From Wigglesworthia glossinidia endosymbiont of Glossina morsitans morsitans (Yale colony) (GTDB lineage Bacteria > Pseudomonadota > Gammaproteobacteria > Enterobacterales > Enterobacteriaceae), in assembly GCF_000247565.1 (NCBI RefSeq), contig NC_016893.1, positions 510,001 through 542,000 of the forward strand: 32,000 nt of DNA, given 5' to 3'. The position numbers and the translations under genes are program-made. Shown one piece after another: positions 1 to 10,637 of this stretch (position 1 is the stretch's first letter; the number at the start of each line of letters is the position of its first letter). The notes under the pieces were generated by a model, which did no database searches, was not told where the DNA came from, and was given only the letters and a program-made list of their open reading frames with translations.

Positions 1-691
1 CAAATGATAATGCAATAGATATATCTGTAATACCTAAAAAACCGTATCTAAATCCATTTACCATGTATACAATAGGATTAAAGCGGGAAATATTTTGCCA
101 AAAAATAGGAAGTAGTTTTAATGAGTAAAATACTCCGCCTAAGTATGTGAGAGGTGTTAAAATAAAAGTTGGTATCATGCTAATATCGTCAAAATTTTTA
201 GCAAATATTCCATTAAGCAATCCAGCAAGAGAAAAAAGAACAGCGGTTAATATTAGCACCAAAATGGTAATAGTCCATTGCTGAATGTGTATAGATAAAA
301 AAAATAATGATACTATACTGACTAATGATCCTACAAAAATTGCTCGAATTACTCCGCCTCCTATATATCCGATAATAATAATATATGCTGGAACTGGAGC
401 AACAAGAAGTTCTTCAATATTTTTTTGAAATTTTGCACTAAAAAAAGAAGATGCAACATTATTATATGCATTGGTTATTACAGACATCATAATCATTCCA
501 GGTACAATAAATTCCATATAGGAAAATCCTTCTATTTTCCCGATTTTAGAACCAATTAAATTTCCAAAAATAATAAAATACAATATTATTGTAATTACTG
601 GAGGCACCAAAGTTTGGCCCCAAATTCTGGTAAATCGTGTTATTTCTTTATATAAAATGCTTTTTAATGCAATTAAGTATGATTGTTTCAT
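1..691 (-). CDS. yadH: ABC-2 type transporter permease YadH (partial, runs off the window start)
   Basis: Reverse-strand translation from the ATG complement at 689-691 reads MKQSYLIALKSILYKEITRFTRIWGQTLVPPVITIILYFIIFGNLIGSKIG..., open to base 1. It is adjacent to and upstream-oriented with yadG, as in E. coli. It is absent from the ORF track because it has no stop inside the window. Confidence 0.88.
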   Translation of the reverse strand, partial: MKQSYLIALKSILYKEITRFTRIWGQTLVPPVITIILYFIIFGNLIGSKIGKIEGFSYMEFIVPGMIMMSVITNAYNNVASSFFSAKFQKNIEELLVAPVPAYIIIIGYIGGGVIRAIFVGSLVSIVSLFFLSIHIQQWTITILVLILTAVLFSLAGLLNGIFAKNFDDISMIPTFILTPLTYLGGVFYSLKLLPIFWQNISRFNPIVYMVNGFRYGFLGITDISIALSF

Positions 692-708
692 ATTTTTTCC
701 ATAAATAC

Positions 709-1617
709 TTAATTTGATACTAAATGTAAAAATAATTCTTCTAATCGATTACTTTTATTTCGCATACTTATAACTTGAATATTTTTTGAATTTAATTGTA
801 AAAAAAGATCATTTAATCCTTGATTTTTTTTTACTTCGACTTCTAGTAGAAAATTGTTCAAAATTTTAAAAGAATATCTATTCAATTTTATATTTGATAT
901 ATTAGATGAAACGTCTAATATAAATTTTTCAGATTGTATTTTTGACAATAAGTTTTTAATTGAAGTATTTTCTATTAATATTCCTAATCTCATTATTCCA
1001 ATATGACGACATAGTATTTCTGCTTCTTCAAAATAATGCGTAGTTAATATTATAGTTTTTCCATTTTTATTAAAATTTATTAACAAACTCCAGATTAATC
1101 TTCTAATTTCTATATCTACTCCTGCTGTTGGTTCATCAAGAATTAACAATTTTGGTTCGTGTATTAGAGCGCGTGCAATCATTAATCGACGTTTCATCCC
1201 TCCAGATAACGTCCGTGCTGGTTTGTTTCTATAATCCCATAAATCTAATTGACTTAAGTATTTTTTTGCACGTATAATTGCAATATTTTTTTTAATACCA
1301 TAATACCCTGCTTGATTAACAATAATTTGTTTAATAGTTTCAAATGGACTAAAATTAAATTCTTGAGGTACAAGTCCAATCTTTCTTTTATAAGAAAATG
1401 GATTTTGATCTATATCTTCTCCAAAGATTTTTACTATACCTGAACTTTTTTTTATTAAACTACTTATTATTCCTATAATTGTAGATTTTCCGGCACCATT
1501 AGGACCTAGTAAAGCATAAAAATCCCCGACTTTTACTGTTAAATCAATTGATTCGATAGCGCAAAATTTTTTGTTGTATATTTTTTTTAATTTTTTTAAC
1601 TCTAATGCATATTTCAT
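709..1617 (-). CDS. yadG: ABC transporter ATP-binding protein YadG
   Basis: ORF 709..1644. Walker A GPNGAGKS, signature LSGGMKRR, Walker B LLILDEPTAG. Close match to E. coli YadG (DFYALLGPNGAGKSTIIGIISSL, LVPQEFNFSPFET, MRNKSNRLEELF). The native start is probably the internal Met of MKYALELKKLKK, about 1617. Confidence 0.93.
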   Translation of the reverse strand: MKYALELKKLKKIYNKKFCAIESIDLTVKVGDFYALLGPNGAGKSTIIGIISSLIKKSSGIVKIFGEDIDQNPFSYKRKIGLVPQEFNFSPFETIKQIIVNQAGYYGIKKNIAIIRAKKYLSQLDLWDYRNKPARTLSGGMKRRLMIARALIHEPKLLILDEPTAGVDIEIRRLIWSLLINFNKNGKTIILTTHYFEEAEILCRHIGIMRLGILIENTSIKNLLSKIQSEKFILDVSSNISNIKLNRYSFKILNNFLLEVEVKKNQGLNDLFLQLNSKNIQVISMRNKSNRLEELFLHLVSN

Positions 1618-1832
1618 ATTTAATAATTTTAAATATTTTTTCAAAATTAAAATGAATTTTTAATATTTCGTAGATTAATAGTATGTATTCTAATCTTTTA
1701 AAAAGATACGCTTTATCTTTTAAAAATAACATTTAAAGAAATAATTTGTGTTAAAATTTTATTTTCATCAAATAATCTTTAGTAAAAAAATTTATATGCA
1801 TAGATTGATTTTGAAAAATCTGAAAATATACG

Positions 1833-2048
1833 CTATTTTGTAGAAATAATTTTGTTAAATCTTGTATGAAACTTATTTACTCTTCCTCTTGTATTTAAAA
1901 TACGCTGTGTTCCGGTGTAAAATGGATGACATTTACTGCATACATCTAGGTGTATACTTTTTTTTAAAGTAGATATTATTTCAAATGAGTTCCCGCATGT
2001 ACATGTTGCATAAATTTTTAAACATTGTGGATGAATATTTTTTTTCAT
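1833..2048 (-). CDS. rpmE: 50S ribosomal protein L31
   Basis: MKKNIHPQCLKIYATCTCGNSFEIIST...LDVCSKCHPFYTGTQR...GRVNKFHTRFN. Cys zinc-ribbon pattern is present. The ORF track extends upstream to 2120, but the conserved Met is residue 25 of that ORF (about 2048). Confidence 0.93.
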   Translation of the reverse strand: MKKNIHPQCLKIYATCTCGNSFEIISTLKKSIHLDVCSKCHPFYTGTQRILNTRGRVNKFHTRFNKIISTK

Positions 2049-2120
2049 ATTAAATATTTGTTTTTTATTTGTTTTAGAAGTATTTCTAATAATTATTAGA
2101 TGAATATTACAAATATACAA

Positions 2121-2808
2121 AATATTTTAAATATATGCAAATAAAACTTTATAAGTAATAAATTTAAAGTATTTAAATTAAAAATTTTATAATTAAATTT
2201 TAATTTTATTTATTTTAAATAATATATTTACTTTTATTTTAAATAAAATATAAATTTAAAATTATTTTACTGAATTTATATTTAGTTAATAGCTTATTTT
2301 TTAAATTTTATATTTCATAAATCAAATATATACTACAAAATTTAATTTATATTTTATTATAATTCATAAAAAAATAAGTTTTGTATTATAAATTTAATAT
2401 GATACAATAATACTGTATTTAAAATTAACTTTCATATAATAATTTTTTCTCGATAATTTTATGTAAATATATTTATCATTAATATATATAAATTTTAAAA
2501 AATATAATACTTACTACTATTATAATAAAAACAGTAGATTTAAAAAATTTTAAAAATTAACATTGATTAATGTATTTAAAAAAAATTATTTTTAATATAG
2601 AATAAAAAATTTTAATTTTTATTTAATGATTAAAAAATATGGTTTTAATATGCTTGAAATTTATATTTCAATAAAAAATTTAAAATTGTTCTAATATCAA
2701 ATAAAAATAATTTCTTTAAACAATTATAAATTACACTGTTTATGTATAGTTTTCAAAATAAAATTCAATTTATAATAAACAATTAACAAAACTAAATTTT
2801 ATAATACT
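2121..2808. other. Non-coding AT-rich spacer where priA and cytR lie in E. coli
   Basis: 688 bp without ORFs between rpmE (-) and ftsN (+). In E. coli this interval contains priA and cytR. Confidence 0.55.
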
Positions 2809-3114
2809 GTGGTAAATAAAGATTATATATATTGTCAAAAATTTATCAAAAAAAGACAAAAAAAAAGAAAACATACAAATTTAACTTTTTTTCAATCACC
2901 ATTAATCGTAACTATATTAGCTTTTTTTATTTCTTTTTTTGTTATTATTTGTTTTACTTTATCTAACATGCATCACAATAACGAAAAAAATAAAGAAATT
3001 TCGTTTATTAAAAATAATGTCAAAAAATTGCCTCCAAAACCAAAAATCCGTTGGTATTATATTAAAGAATTAGAAAATTTGCATCTTTTAATTTTTTTTA
3101 AAACAAAAACATAA
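2809..3114 (+). CDS. ftsN: Truncated cell-division protein FtsN (N-terminal tail, TM helix and essential segment only)
   Basis: GTG-start ORF, 101 aa: MVNKDYIYCQKFIKKRQKKRKH...TM...KKLPPKPKIRWYYIKELENL. It matches the E. coli FtsN segment LPPKPEERWRYIKELE and lies directly upstream of hslVU as in E. coli. No SPOR domain. Confidence 0.82.
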   Translation: MVNKDYIYCQKFIKKRQKKRKHTNLTFFQSPLIVTILAFFISFFVIICFTLSNMHHNNEKNKEISFIKNNVKKLPPKPKIRWYYIKELENLHLLIFFKTKT

Positions 3115-3465
3115 GTTTGATTAATTTTGTGCAAAATATGTTCGGTATAGTAAAACTTATAAACAAGTAAATTTGAATTTATATAAATAAAATTTTTTTT
3201 GTAAAACAAATGTTAAATATTATATTACTCACAATTTAGTAAATCTTAAATAAAAGATAAAACTTTTTTAAATTAAATTAGACAATGCACAAGATTTTTA
3301 ATAAAATTAACAATATCAAGCATATTACAAAAAAATACTATAATCATGTTGAATATTGTTAAAATATCTTCCTAAAGTTTTTGAAAATTTAAATATTTAC
3401 ACTACAATATGCTTTTAAACACTAGATTTTTATATTTTTTTAAAAATATTTAAGGAATTTATATT

Positions 3466-4005
3466 ATGACGACAATCGTCAGTGTACGCCGCAATAATCA
3501 CGTAGTAATTGGAGGTGACGGACAAGCAACAATAGGCAACACTATTATGAAAAATAATGTAAAAAAAGTTCGTAGATTATATAATGAAACAGTTATTGCA
3601 GGTTTTGCTGGAGGTACAGCTGATGCTTTTACTTTATTTGAATTGTTTGAGAAAAAACTACAAATACATCAAGGACATTTTTTAAAATCAGCTGTAGAAT
3701 TAGCTAAAGATTGGCGTACAGATCGCATGTTAAAAAGATTAGAAGCTTTATTAGCAGTAGCTGATCAACATATCTCTCTTATAATTACTGGACACGGAGA
3801 CGTTATACAACCAGAAAGCGATGTCATTGCAATTGGATCAGGGGGACCATATGCACAATCTGCAGCACGCGCTTTACTAGAAAATACACATCTATGTGCG
3901 CTCGATATAGTAAAAAAAGCATTAAAAATTTCTGGTGATATTTGTATATATAGCAATCACTTTTTTTCTTTTGAAGAACTCACTCCCGAAAATAAGGCTA
4001 TTTAA
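3466..4005 (+). CDS. hslV: HslV (ClpQ) peptidase subunit
   Basis: [29 protein letters not shown]..., [28 protein letters not shown]-terminal Thr is present. SD-like AAGGAAT is upstream at about 3451. Confidence 0.97.
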   Translation: MTTIVSVRRNNHVVIGGDGQATIGNTIMKNNVKKVRRLYNETVIAGFAGGTADAFTLFELFEKKLQIHQGHFLKSAVELAKDWRTDRMLKRLEALLAVADQHISLIITGHGDVIQPESDVIAIGSGGPYAQSAARALLENTHLCALDIVKKALKISGDICIYSNHFFSFEELTPENKAI

Positions 4006-4007
4006 AT

Positions 4008-5339
4008 ATGTCTAATATGACTCCAAAAAATATTGTTAAAGAACTTGACGGATATATTATCGGTCAAAATGATGCAAAAAGAGCCGTAGCGATAGCATTA
4101 CGCAATCGCTGGCGTCGCATGCGACTTGAAGACTCATTGAGATACGAAGTTACTCCAAAAAATATTTTAATGATTGGACCTACTGGAGTAGGAAAGACAG
4201 AAATTGCTCGTCGTTTAGCAAAGCTTGCAAAAGCACCTTTTATTAAGGTTGAAGCAACAAAATTTACAGAAGTTGGTTATGTCGGCAAAGAAGTAGATTC
4301 TATTATTAGAGATTTAACTGATGCTGCAGTAAAAATGATTCGACTGCAATCTATAGAAAAAAATAGATGTAGAGCAGAAGAACTAGCAGAAGAACGCGTT
4401 TTAGACGTGCTCATTCCTCCAGCTAAAAATAATTGGGGGAAAGTTGACATAAATACTGAGCCTTCAAAAACACGTCAGAATTTTAGAAAAAAATTAAAAT
4501 CTAAAGAACTAGACGATAAAGAAATAGAAATTAATCTCGCTGCAACTCCGATTGGCGTTGAAATTATGGCTCCTCCAGGAATGGAAGAAATGACGAGTCA
4601 ATTACAATCAATGTTTAAACATCTAGCAGGTCAAAAACAAAAAACAAGAAAAATAAAAATTAAAGAAGCAATAAAATTACTGATTGAAGAAGAATCTGCA
4701 AAACTTATTAATATTGAAGAAATCAAAGAAAAAGCAATAGAAGCTGTTGAACAAAACGGCATTGTATTTATAGATGAAATTGATAAAATTTGCAAAAGGG
4801 GCGAAATATCGGGCCCAGATGTATCAAGAGAAGGCGTACAAAGAGACTTATTACCTTTAGTAGAAGGTTGCACTGTATCAACTAAACATGGAATGGTAAA
4901 AACAGATCATATTTTATTTATTGCATCAGGCGCTTTTCAAGTTGCTAATCCTTCTGATTTAATTCCAGAATTGCAAGGCAGATTACCTATTCGTGTAGAA
5001 TTATCCGCGTTAACTATTGAAGATTTTGAAAGAATTTTAACTGAACCTAATGCTTCTCTTACAAGACAATACAGCGCTCTTATGGCTACAGAAGGCGTGA
5101 CCGTATTCTTTACAAAAGAAGGTATTAAAAAAATAGCAGAAGCTGCGTGTCAGGTAAATGATGCTACAGAAAATATTGGAGCGAGAAGGCTTCATACGAT
5201 TTTAGAGCGTCTTATGGAAGAAATATCATATAATGCAAGCGAATGGAATGGAAAAAAAATTAGTATTGATGCTCAATACGTAAGTAGTCATTTAGACAAA
5301 TTAGTCGCAGATGAAGATCTAAGCCGATTTATATTATAA
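4008..5339 (+). CDS. hslU: HslU (ClpY) ATPase subunit
   Basis: Starts 3 nt after the hslV ORF. Walker [10 protein letters not shown], Walker [13 protein letters not shown]-terminus DEDLSRFIL. Confidence 0.97.
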   Translation: MSNMTPKNIVKELDGYIIGQNDAKRAVAIALRNRWRRMRLEDSLRYEVTPKNILMIGPTGVGKTEIARRLAKLAKAPFIKVEATKFTEVGYVGKEVDSIIRDLTDAAVKMIRLQSIEKNRCRAEELAEERVLDVLIPPAKNNWGKVDINTEPSKTRQNFRKKLKSKELDDKEIEINLAATPIGVEIMAPPGMEEMTSQLQSMFKHLAGQKQKTRKIKIKEAIKLLIEEESAKLINIEEIKEKAIEAVEQNGIVFIDEIDKICKRGEISGPDVSREGVQRDLLPLVEGCTVSTKHGMVKTDHILFIASGAFQVANPSDLIPELQGRLPIRVELSALTIEDFERILTEPNASLTRQYSALMATEGVTVFFTKEGIKKIAEAACQVNDATENIGARRLHTILERLMEEISYNASEWNGKKISIDAQYVSSHLDKLVADEDLSRFIL

Positions 5340-5377
5340 TAAAATTGGTTATTTTAATGCAATATAAAAAATTAATT

Positions 5378-6541
5378 TTAATTTTTTATTCGAGATAAAC
5401 GAATCCAGCAAGATAAAATTATTATCCCTATAATACACGTAATTATTCCAAGCATAAATTGTCCGTTTTTAGAAAAAAAAGAAGATATAAATGCTATCAG
5501 ACTAGATCCAATATTTTGTACACCTCCTAACAATGCTCCAGCCGTTCCAGCCATATACTTATATGGTGCCATGGCTCCTGTAGTAGCAAGTGGAAATAAC
5601 ATTCCTGCGCCAAAAAAAAATAAACTTGCAGGTATTAAAACGGTCCAAATTTTTATTATACCCAACCATCCGGGAATCCACATAAGTATTCCAGATACAA
5701 AACAACATATTACAGCTTGCCACATCAGTGTTTTAAAAGACCGTTTACTATATCCAATATAAAAGGATCCTAAAAATATACTAGGTACAGGTAAAATAAA
5801 TAACATACTAATTTCTATGGTGTTAAATCCCATATTACTTAAAAATATCCCACTATTAGATTCAAATGCTACAATTCCAGATAAACTACTCGTTAAAATA
5901 ACTAAGTAATAATTAAATTCTTTTTTAGATAGTAAAAATTTAAATCCAATATTTTCATTTACAACATTTTTTGGTCTAGTTTCAGGCAAAATATATAATA
6001 TTAATATACTAATGATTATACTAATTAATAATAAAAATAAAAAACACATTCGCCATCCAAATACATTTGATATAATTCCTCCTAATACTGGTGCTAATAA
6101 AGGACTAATAAGAATTCCCATATTAAGAAATCCATTAGCTTTTTTTAAATCTTCATGATTTAAAAAAACATCACGCGGCAAAGTACGTGCCATTACGCCT
6201 CCTACTCCGGTGCCAAGACCTTGTATGCCACACAATAAAATCATATACCATAAAGAATTAGTAAATAAAATTAAAGTAGTAGCAAATATAAAAATAGACA
6301 TGCCTATTAAAATTACTGGTTTTCTTCCAATTCGATCTGAAAGAGGTCCGTATATAAGCTGCGAAGTTCCGTAGCATAAAAGATATCCGGCCATTAATCC
6401 TTGAATTTTTTCTTGTATTTCTCCTAAATCATAGGCAATTTTTGCAATACTAGGTACATAAATAGTTTGCGACATTTGTCCAACAGAAATTAAGAATATT
6501 AACAAAATTAGTACATATGAATTATGTAATTTTTTGATCAT
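5378..6541 (-). CDS. emrD: MFS multidrug efflux protein EmrD
   Basis: Near-continuous similarity to E. coli EmrD: VGQMSQTIYVPSIA, YGPLSDRIGRKPVILIGMSIF, GLGTGVGGVMARTLPRD, NMGILISPLLAPVLGG, LFFFGAGMLFPLAT. Confidence 0.92.
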   Translation of the reverse strand: MIKKLHNSYVLILLIFLISVGQMSQTIYVPSIAKIAYDLGEIQEKIQGLMAGYLLCYGTSQLIYGPLSDRIGRKPVILIGMSIFIFATTLILFTNSLWYMILLCGIQGLGTGVGGVMARTLPRDVFLNHEDLKKANGFLNMGILISPLLAPVLGGIISNVFGWRMCFLFLLLISIIISILILYILPETRPKNVVNENIGFKFLLSKKEFNYYLVILTSSLSGIVAFESNSGIFLSNMGFNTIEISMLFILPVPSIFLGSFYIGYSKRSFKTLMWQAVICCFVSGILMWIPGWLGIIKIWTVLIPASLFFFGAGMLFPLATTGAMAPYKYMAGTAGALLGGVQNIGSSLIAFISSFFSKNGQFMLGIITCIIGIIILSCWIRLSRIKN

Positions 6542-6761
6542 ATTTTATAAAAAAGACAATAAATTATATTATCTAAATATAATAACTGATTTTTTTTATT
6601 ACTACTAATTTCTCACATACTAGAATTTAAATAAATTAAAAATTATACAAAACTTGTTCAATATAAAATCAAACAAATTTAAAACTTCATATATTCAAGT
6701 TTATAATTTTTTTAGTTCAGGATATAATAAAACAACTTAAAATTAAATTAGAGTAATAAAA

Positions 6762-7514
6762 ATGACGGAATGGATTTCTGGAAATGTAATTAAAATAAAA
6801 AATTGGACTGAAAAATTATTTAGTATTGTTTTAAATGCACCGATTTCTCCATTTATCGCCGGTCAATTTGCAAAATTAAAATTAAAAAATTCAAAAAATA
6901 TGTCGATACAACGCGCATATTCATATGTAAATGCTCCAAATAATAAAAATTTAGAATTTTATTTAGTTGAAGCGAAATCAGGTAAGTTTAGTCCTCTTTT
7001 AAGAGCACTAAAACCAGGAGAAAATATTTTAATTACAAAATATGCATCTGGATCATTTACACTTGAAACAGTGCCTTCATGTAAAAATTTGTGGATGATT
7101 GCTACGGGTACTGCGATTGGACCATATTTATCTATATTGCAATATGGAAAAAATTTAAAAAGATTTGAAAATATAATTTTAGTACATGCAGTAAGATTTT
7201 ATCAAGATCTCAGTTATTTAAAAAAAATAATGCAATTAAAAGAAATCTATAAGCAAAAACTTTTTTTTCAAAAAATAATTAGTCGTGAAAAAGTTTTTAA
7301 TACATTATATGGTCGAATACCAGAATTAATTATTAATGGAAAATTAGAAGACTCTCTTAATGTGGAAATCAATTCACAAAATAGTCACGTAATGTTATGT
7401 GGAAATCCAAATATGGTTCGTGATACTTATGAATGTTTAAATAAAAAATATTCTATGATAAAAAATTATCAAAAATCTCCAGGTCATATCACTAGTGAAT
7501 TATATTGGAAATAA
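6762..7514 (+). CDS. fpr: Ferredoxin/flavodoxin--NADP+ reductase
   Basis: MTEWISGNVIKIKNWTEKLFSIV..., QRAYSYVNAP, LWMIATGTAIGPYLSILQ, SHVMLCGNPNMVRDT, C-terminal YW. Confidence 0.95.
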   Translation: MTEWISGNVIKIKNWTEKLFSIVLNAPISPFIAGQFAKLKLKNSKNMSIQRAYSYVNAPNNKNLEFYLVEAKSGKFSPLLRALKPGENILITKYASGSFTLETVPSCKNLWMIATGTAIGPYLSILQYGKNLKRFENIILVHAVRFYQDLSYLKKIMQLKEIYKQKLFFQKIISREKVFNTLYGRIPELIINGKLEDSLNVEINSQNSHVMLCGNPNMVRDTYECLNKKYSMIKNYQKSPGHITSELYWK

Positions 7515-7561
7515 TATAAAATTTTGCATATTCATTATCGATATACAATGTAAAAAGGCTA

Positions 7562-8338
7562 ATGATTAATATGAAAAAAATTCCATTTATATTGGCAAAC
7601 TGGAAATTAAACGGGAATCTTTTGTTAATAAAACAAACATTAATTAGATTAAACAAAGAGAGAAATTTTTTAAAAAAATTAAAAATTGCTATTGCTCCTC
7701 CAATAATATATTTAAGCGAAGCACAAAAATATATTTACGATAATAAAAATATTTATTTAGCCGCACAAAACGTTGATGCGCATATTTCTGGACCTTTTAC
7801 TGGAGAAATTTCGGCTTATATGTTGCAAGAATTTGGGATAAAATATGTCATTATAGGACATGCTGAACGTAGACAATTTCACTATGAAGATTATAAAGTA
7901 ATTACTAAAAAATTTTTGATTCTTAAACAATATAATTTAATACCAGTATTATGTATCGGAGAATTGTACAAAGATTATGCCAACAAAGAAATAAGAAATA
8001 TTTGTATCAAACAAATTAATCCTATTTTAGACGTTTTAGGGATTGAAAGCTTTAAAAGAACAATTATCGCGTATGAACCAATTTGGGCTATAGGTACCGG
8101 AAAAACACCATCCCCAGAATATATACAAAATGCACATTTATGCATTCGTAGTTATTTATCTCAATACGATGACAGTATTGCTAAAAATGTTGTTTTGCAA
8201 TATGGTGGTTCAGTAAATGCGAACAATGTTTTAAAAATATTATTACAGTCTGATGTAGACGGCATTTTATTAGGTAAATCGTCTATTCATTTAAATGAAT
8301 TTTTATCTATTTTACGTATTGTAAGTAATTTTTTATAA
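7562..8338 (+). CDS. tpiA: Triosephosphate isomerase
   Basis: [47 protein letters not shown]. An alternative start at 7571 ([12 protein letters not shown]) is also possible. Confidence 0.96.
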   Translation: MINMKKIPFILANWKLNGNLLLIKQTLIRLNKERNFLKKLKIAIAPPIIYLSEAQKYIYDNKNIYLAAQNVDAHISGPFTGEISAYMLQEFGIKYVIIGHAERRQFHYEDYKVITKKFLILKQYNLIPVLCIGELYKDYANKEIRNICIKQINPILDVLGIESFKRTIIAYEPIWAIGTGKTPSPEYIQNAHLCIRSYLSQYDDSIAKNVVLQYGGSVNANNVLKILLQSDVDGILLGKSSIHLNEFLSILRIVSNFL

Positions 8339-9280
8339 CCATTTCTTACTTCTGAAGTAAAAATAAGGCGCTAATCCAGCTAAAATCATTTCTAAAATTG
8401 CAATAGGATATCCTAGTGCCCATTTTAATTCTGGCATAAATTCGAAGTTCATTCCATAACTAGAAGCTACTAATGTAGGTGGAAGAAATACTACTGAAAC
8501 TACAGAAAATATTTTTATAATTCTATTTTGTTCAATGTTAATAAAACTTATTGCAGCTTGCATTAAAAAATTAACTTTTTGAAATAAGGATTCATTATGA
8601 GGCAATAACGAATCGATATCATGCAAAACTCCTTTGGCTTGTTCTAATTGTTTAGAGGGTAAATGTATTTTTTTTACTAAAAAGTTTAACGCTCTTTGAG
8701 TGTCCATTAAACAAAGTCGCACTTTCCACCCTACATCTTCTAAAGATGCTAAAGTAGAAAGAGCATTGTCATATTCATCTCTTTGATTATCTTGCATAAT
8801 AACCATACTAAGAGTTTCTAAATCACTATAAATATTTTCTATTTCGTCTGCTAATTGTTCTATTTTTGTTTCAAATAAATCTAGTAAAACTTCATATGCA
8901 TTACCATCAATTAATGTTTGATTTCTAGTACGCATGCGATATAAGCGAAAAGCTGGAAGGTCACGCTCTCTTAAAGTATATAAACGATGGTTTCTAATTG
9001 TAAAAGCAACAGTGGAATTGCCTACATGTCCTTCGACATCTGAAAAAAAGAAAAATGAATGTATATGTAGTCCTTCTTTATCTTCAAAAAATCTAGCAGA
9101 TGCTTCGATATCTTCTAAATCTAAATATTTTGCTAAATTTTGACCTAGTTCAATTTGAATGCGGTTTCTTTCTTTTTCTGTCGGTTCAACAAGGTCAATC
9201 CATATTGCTTGTAATAAAGAAACTTGTTTTAAATTCAAACGTAATAAACGATTTTTATGTAATTGAAATGCATTAAGCAT
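8333..9280 (-). CDS. corA: Magnesium/cobalt transporter CorA
   Basis: Two C-terminal TM helices with the signature YGMNF and ...[11 protein letters not shown]. The N-terminal LTPxE-type region reads [12 protein letters not shown]. Confidence 0.94.
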   Translation of the reverse strand: MLNAFQLHKNRLLRLNLKQVSLLQAIWIDLVEPTEKERNRIQIELGQNLAKYLDLEDIEASARFFEDKEGLHIHSFFFFSDVEGHVGNSTVAFTIRNHRLYTLRERDLPAFRLYRMRTRNQTLIDGNAYEVLLDLFETKIEQLADEIENIYSDLETLSMVIMQDNQRDEYDNALSTLASLEDVGWKVRLCLMDTQRALNFLVKKIHLPSKQLEQAKGVLHDIDSLLPHNESLFQKVNFLMQAAISFINIEQNRIIKIFSVVSVVFLPPTLVASSYGMNFEFMPELKWALGYPIAILEMILAGLAPYFYFRSKKWL

Positions 9281-10637
9281 AGTTTTTCATTATTAAGAAT
9301 AAAAAAATTATATTTAAGTTGATTTAAAAAAATGTTAATTTACATTAAAATTTATTTTAAAGATTAAAAATTTTTTATCAAATGATTTTAATAAAATTTA
9401 AATTATTTTGTATAAAATTTTTTATCAAGAATTATTGAAATTCATTGAGATAAGAATTTTTATATATTTTTTGATTTAAATATACAGCAGATGTATAGAT
9501 TTTAGTTTTTTAATTAAAAATTTTTCAAGAATATTTTTCATAATTTAATAATGTTAATTTATAAAATCTAAAAAAAAATTTTAATTTTTATAAAAATTTA
9601 TATTTTTAAATAAATTTAAATTATTTTCTATTATGAAAACAATCATATATGAAAAATAAGTTTTTTTGCTAAATTTTTTTACATAAAAGAATAAAATATT
9701 CTATAAATAAAGTTAAAATTTTGAATTTTTTAGTTGGTTAAAAAATATTGATAAATTTTTTTTTGTATCTGTCTAAAAAAATATTTATTTTTATTAAAAA
9801 TTGTTTTTCACAAAATTTGTGCAGTAATTTATAGATATACATTTTTTAATTTAATTTTATTTTTCGTAAATTAAATATTAAAAAATTAAATTTTAATTTT
9901 TCATATTAAAATATAACTTAAAAATATTGATTTTATAAGTTTAATACATGATAGTAAATCTTTATAAATATATGATAATTAATTTTTTTATATAATTATT
10001 TATATTGAAAAAATCTATGATTTTTTAATAAAAAATAAAATTTATCTTTTATAAGATTAAATGAATTTTTAAAATTTTTATTTTTTTTGAATCAATTTTG
10101 TGTACATTTAAAAAAAATTGTTATTTTATTTTTTGATAATGTATAATTTTTTTTAAAAAAATTATATATTAAAAATTTTATATTTAATAAAACATTTAAA
10201 TTTTTTTCTTTAATAAATATTTATAATTAATTTTTTTAAAAATCAAAAAATATTTTGATTATTATCAATTTAACTTAAGTTACATCTTGATATTTTAATA
10301 TAAAATAATGTTCTATTTTAGTTTTCACATTAAATTAAATTTATTTTTTTGCAAAATATTTTAATTATTTTTGATAATAAATAAAAAACTTAAATTATAT
10401 ATTTATTTCTATTAATATTTTTCTATAAAAATAAATTTAATTTACATTAATTAGAATAAATTTACAAATTCAATTCATAATTTATTTTTTATTTAAAATT
10501 GTATTTGATGACATCAGACGAAGAACTTGAAATATTGTTATTTTTTATTTTAAATATAGATCATTGAAATGTTTTTTTTACTTTCATGTCATAATTTCTT
10601 AATTATTAAAATTTTTAAAATTTTAAAAATAAAATTT
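9281..10637. other. Long non-coding, extremely AT-rich spacer at the position where uvrD lies in E. coli
   Basis: 1357 bp with no ORF of 60 codons or more in six frames. The flanking order corA - spacer - yigB - dapF is collinear with E. coli corA-(uvrD)-yigB-(xerC)-dapF. Confidence 0.6.

Noticed and set aside
1544-1732. 62-aa ORF overlapping the yadG 5' end
   Set aside because: Lysine/isoleucine-rich AT-driven translation overlapping the yadG N-terminus. No support.
4631-4873. Antisense ORFs inside hslU/hslV (4631-4873, 3765-3956)
   Set aside because: Fully contained in strongly supported CDSs on the other strand. Low-complexity translations.
9281-10637. Possible CRISPR array or tandem repeat in the long AT-rich spacer
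   Set aside because: Only homopolymer-rich A/T sequence by eye. No regularly spaced identical repeats.
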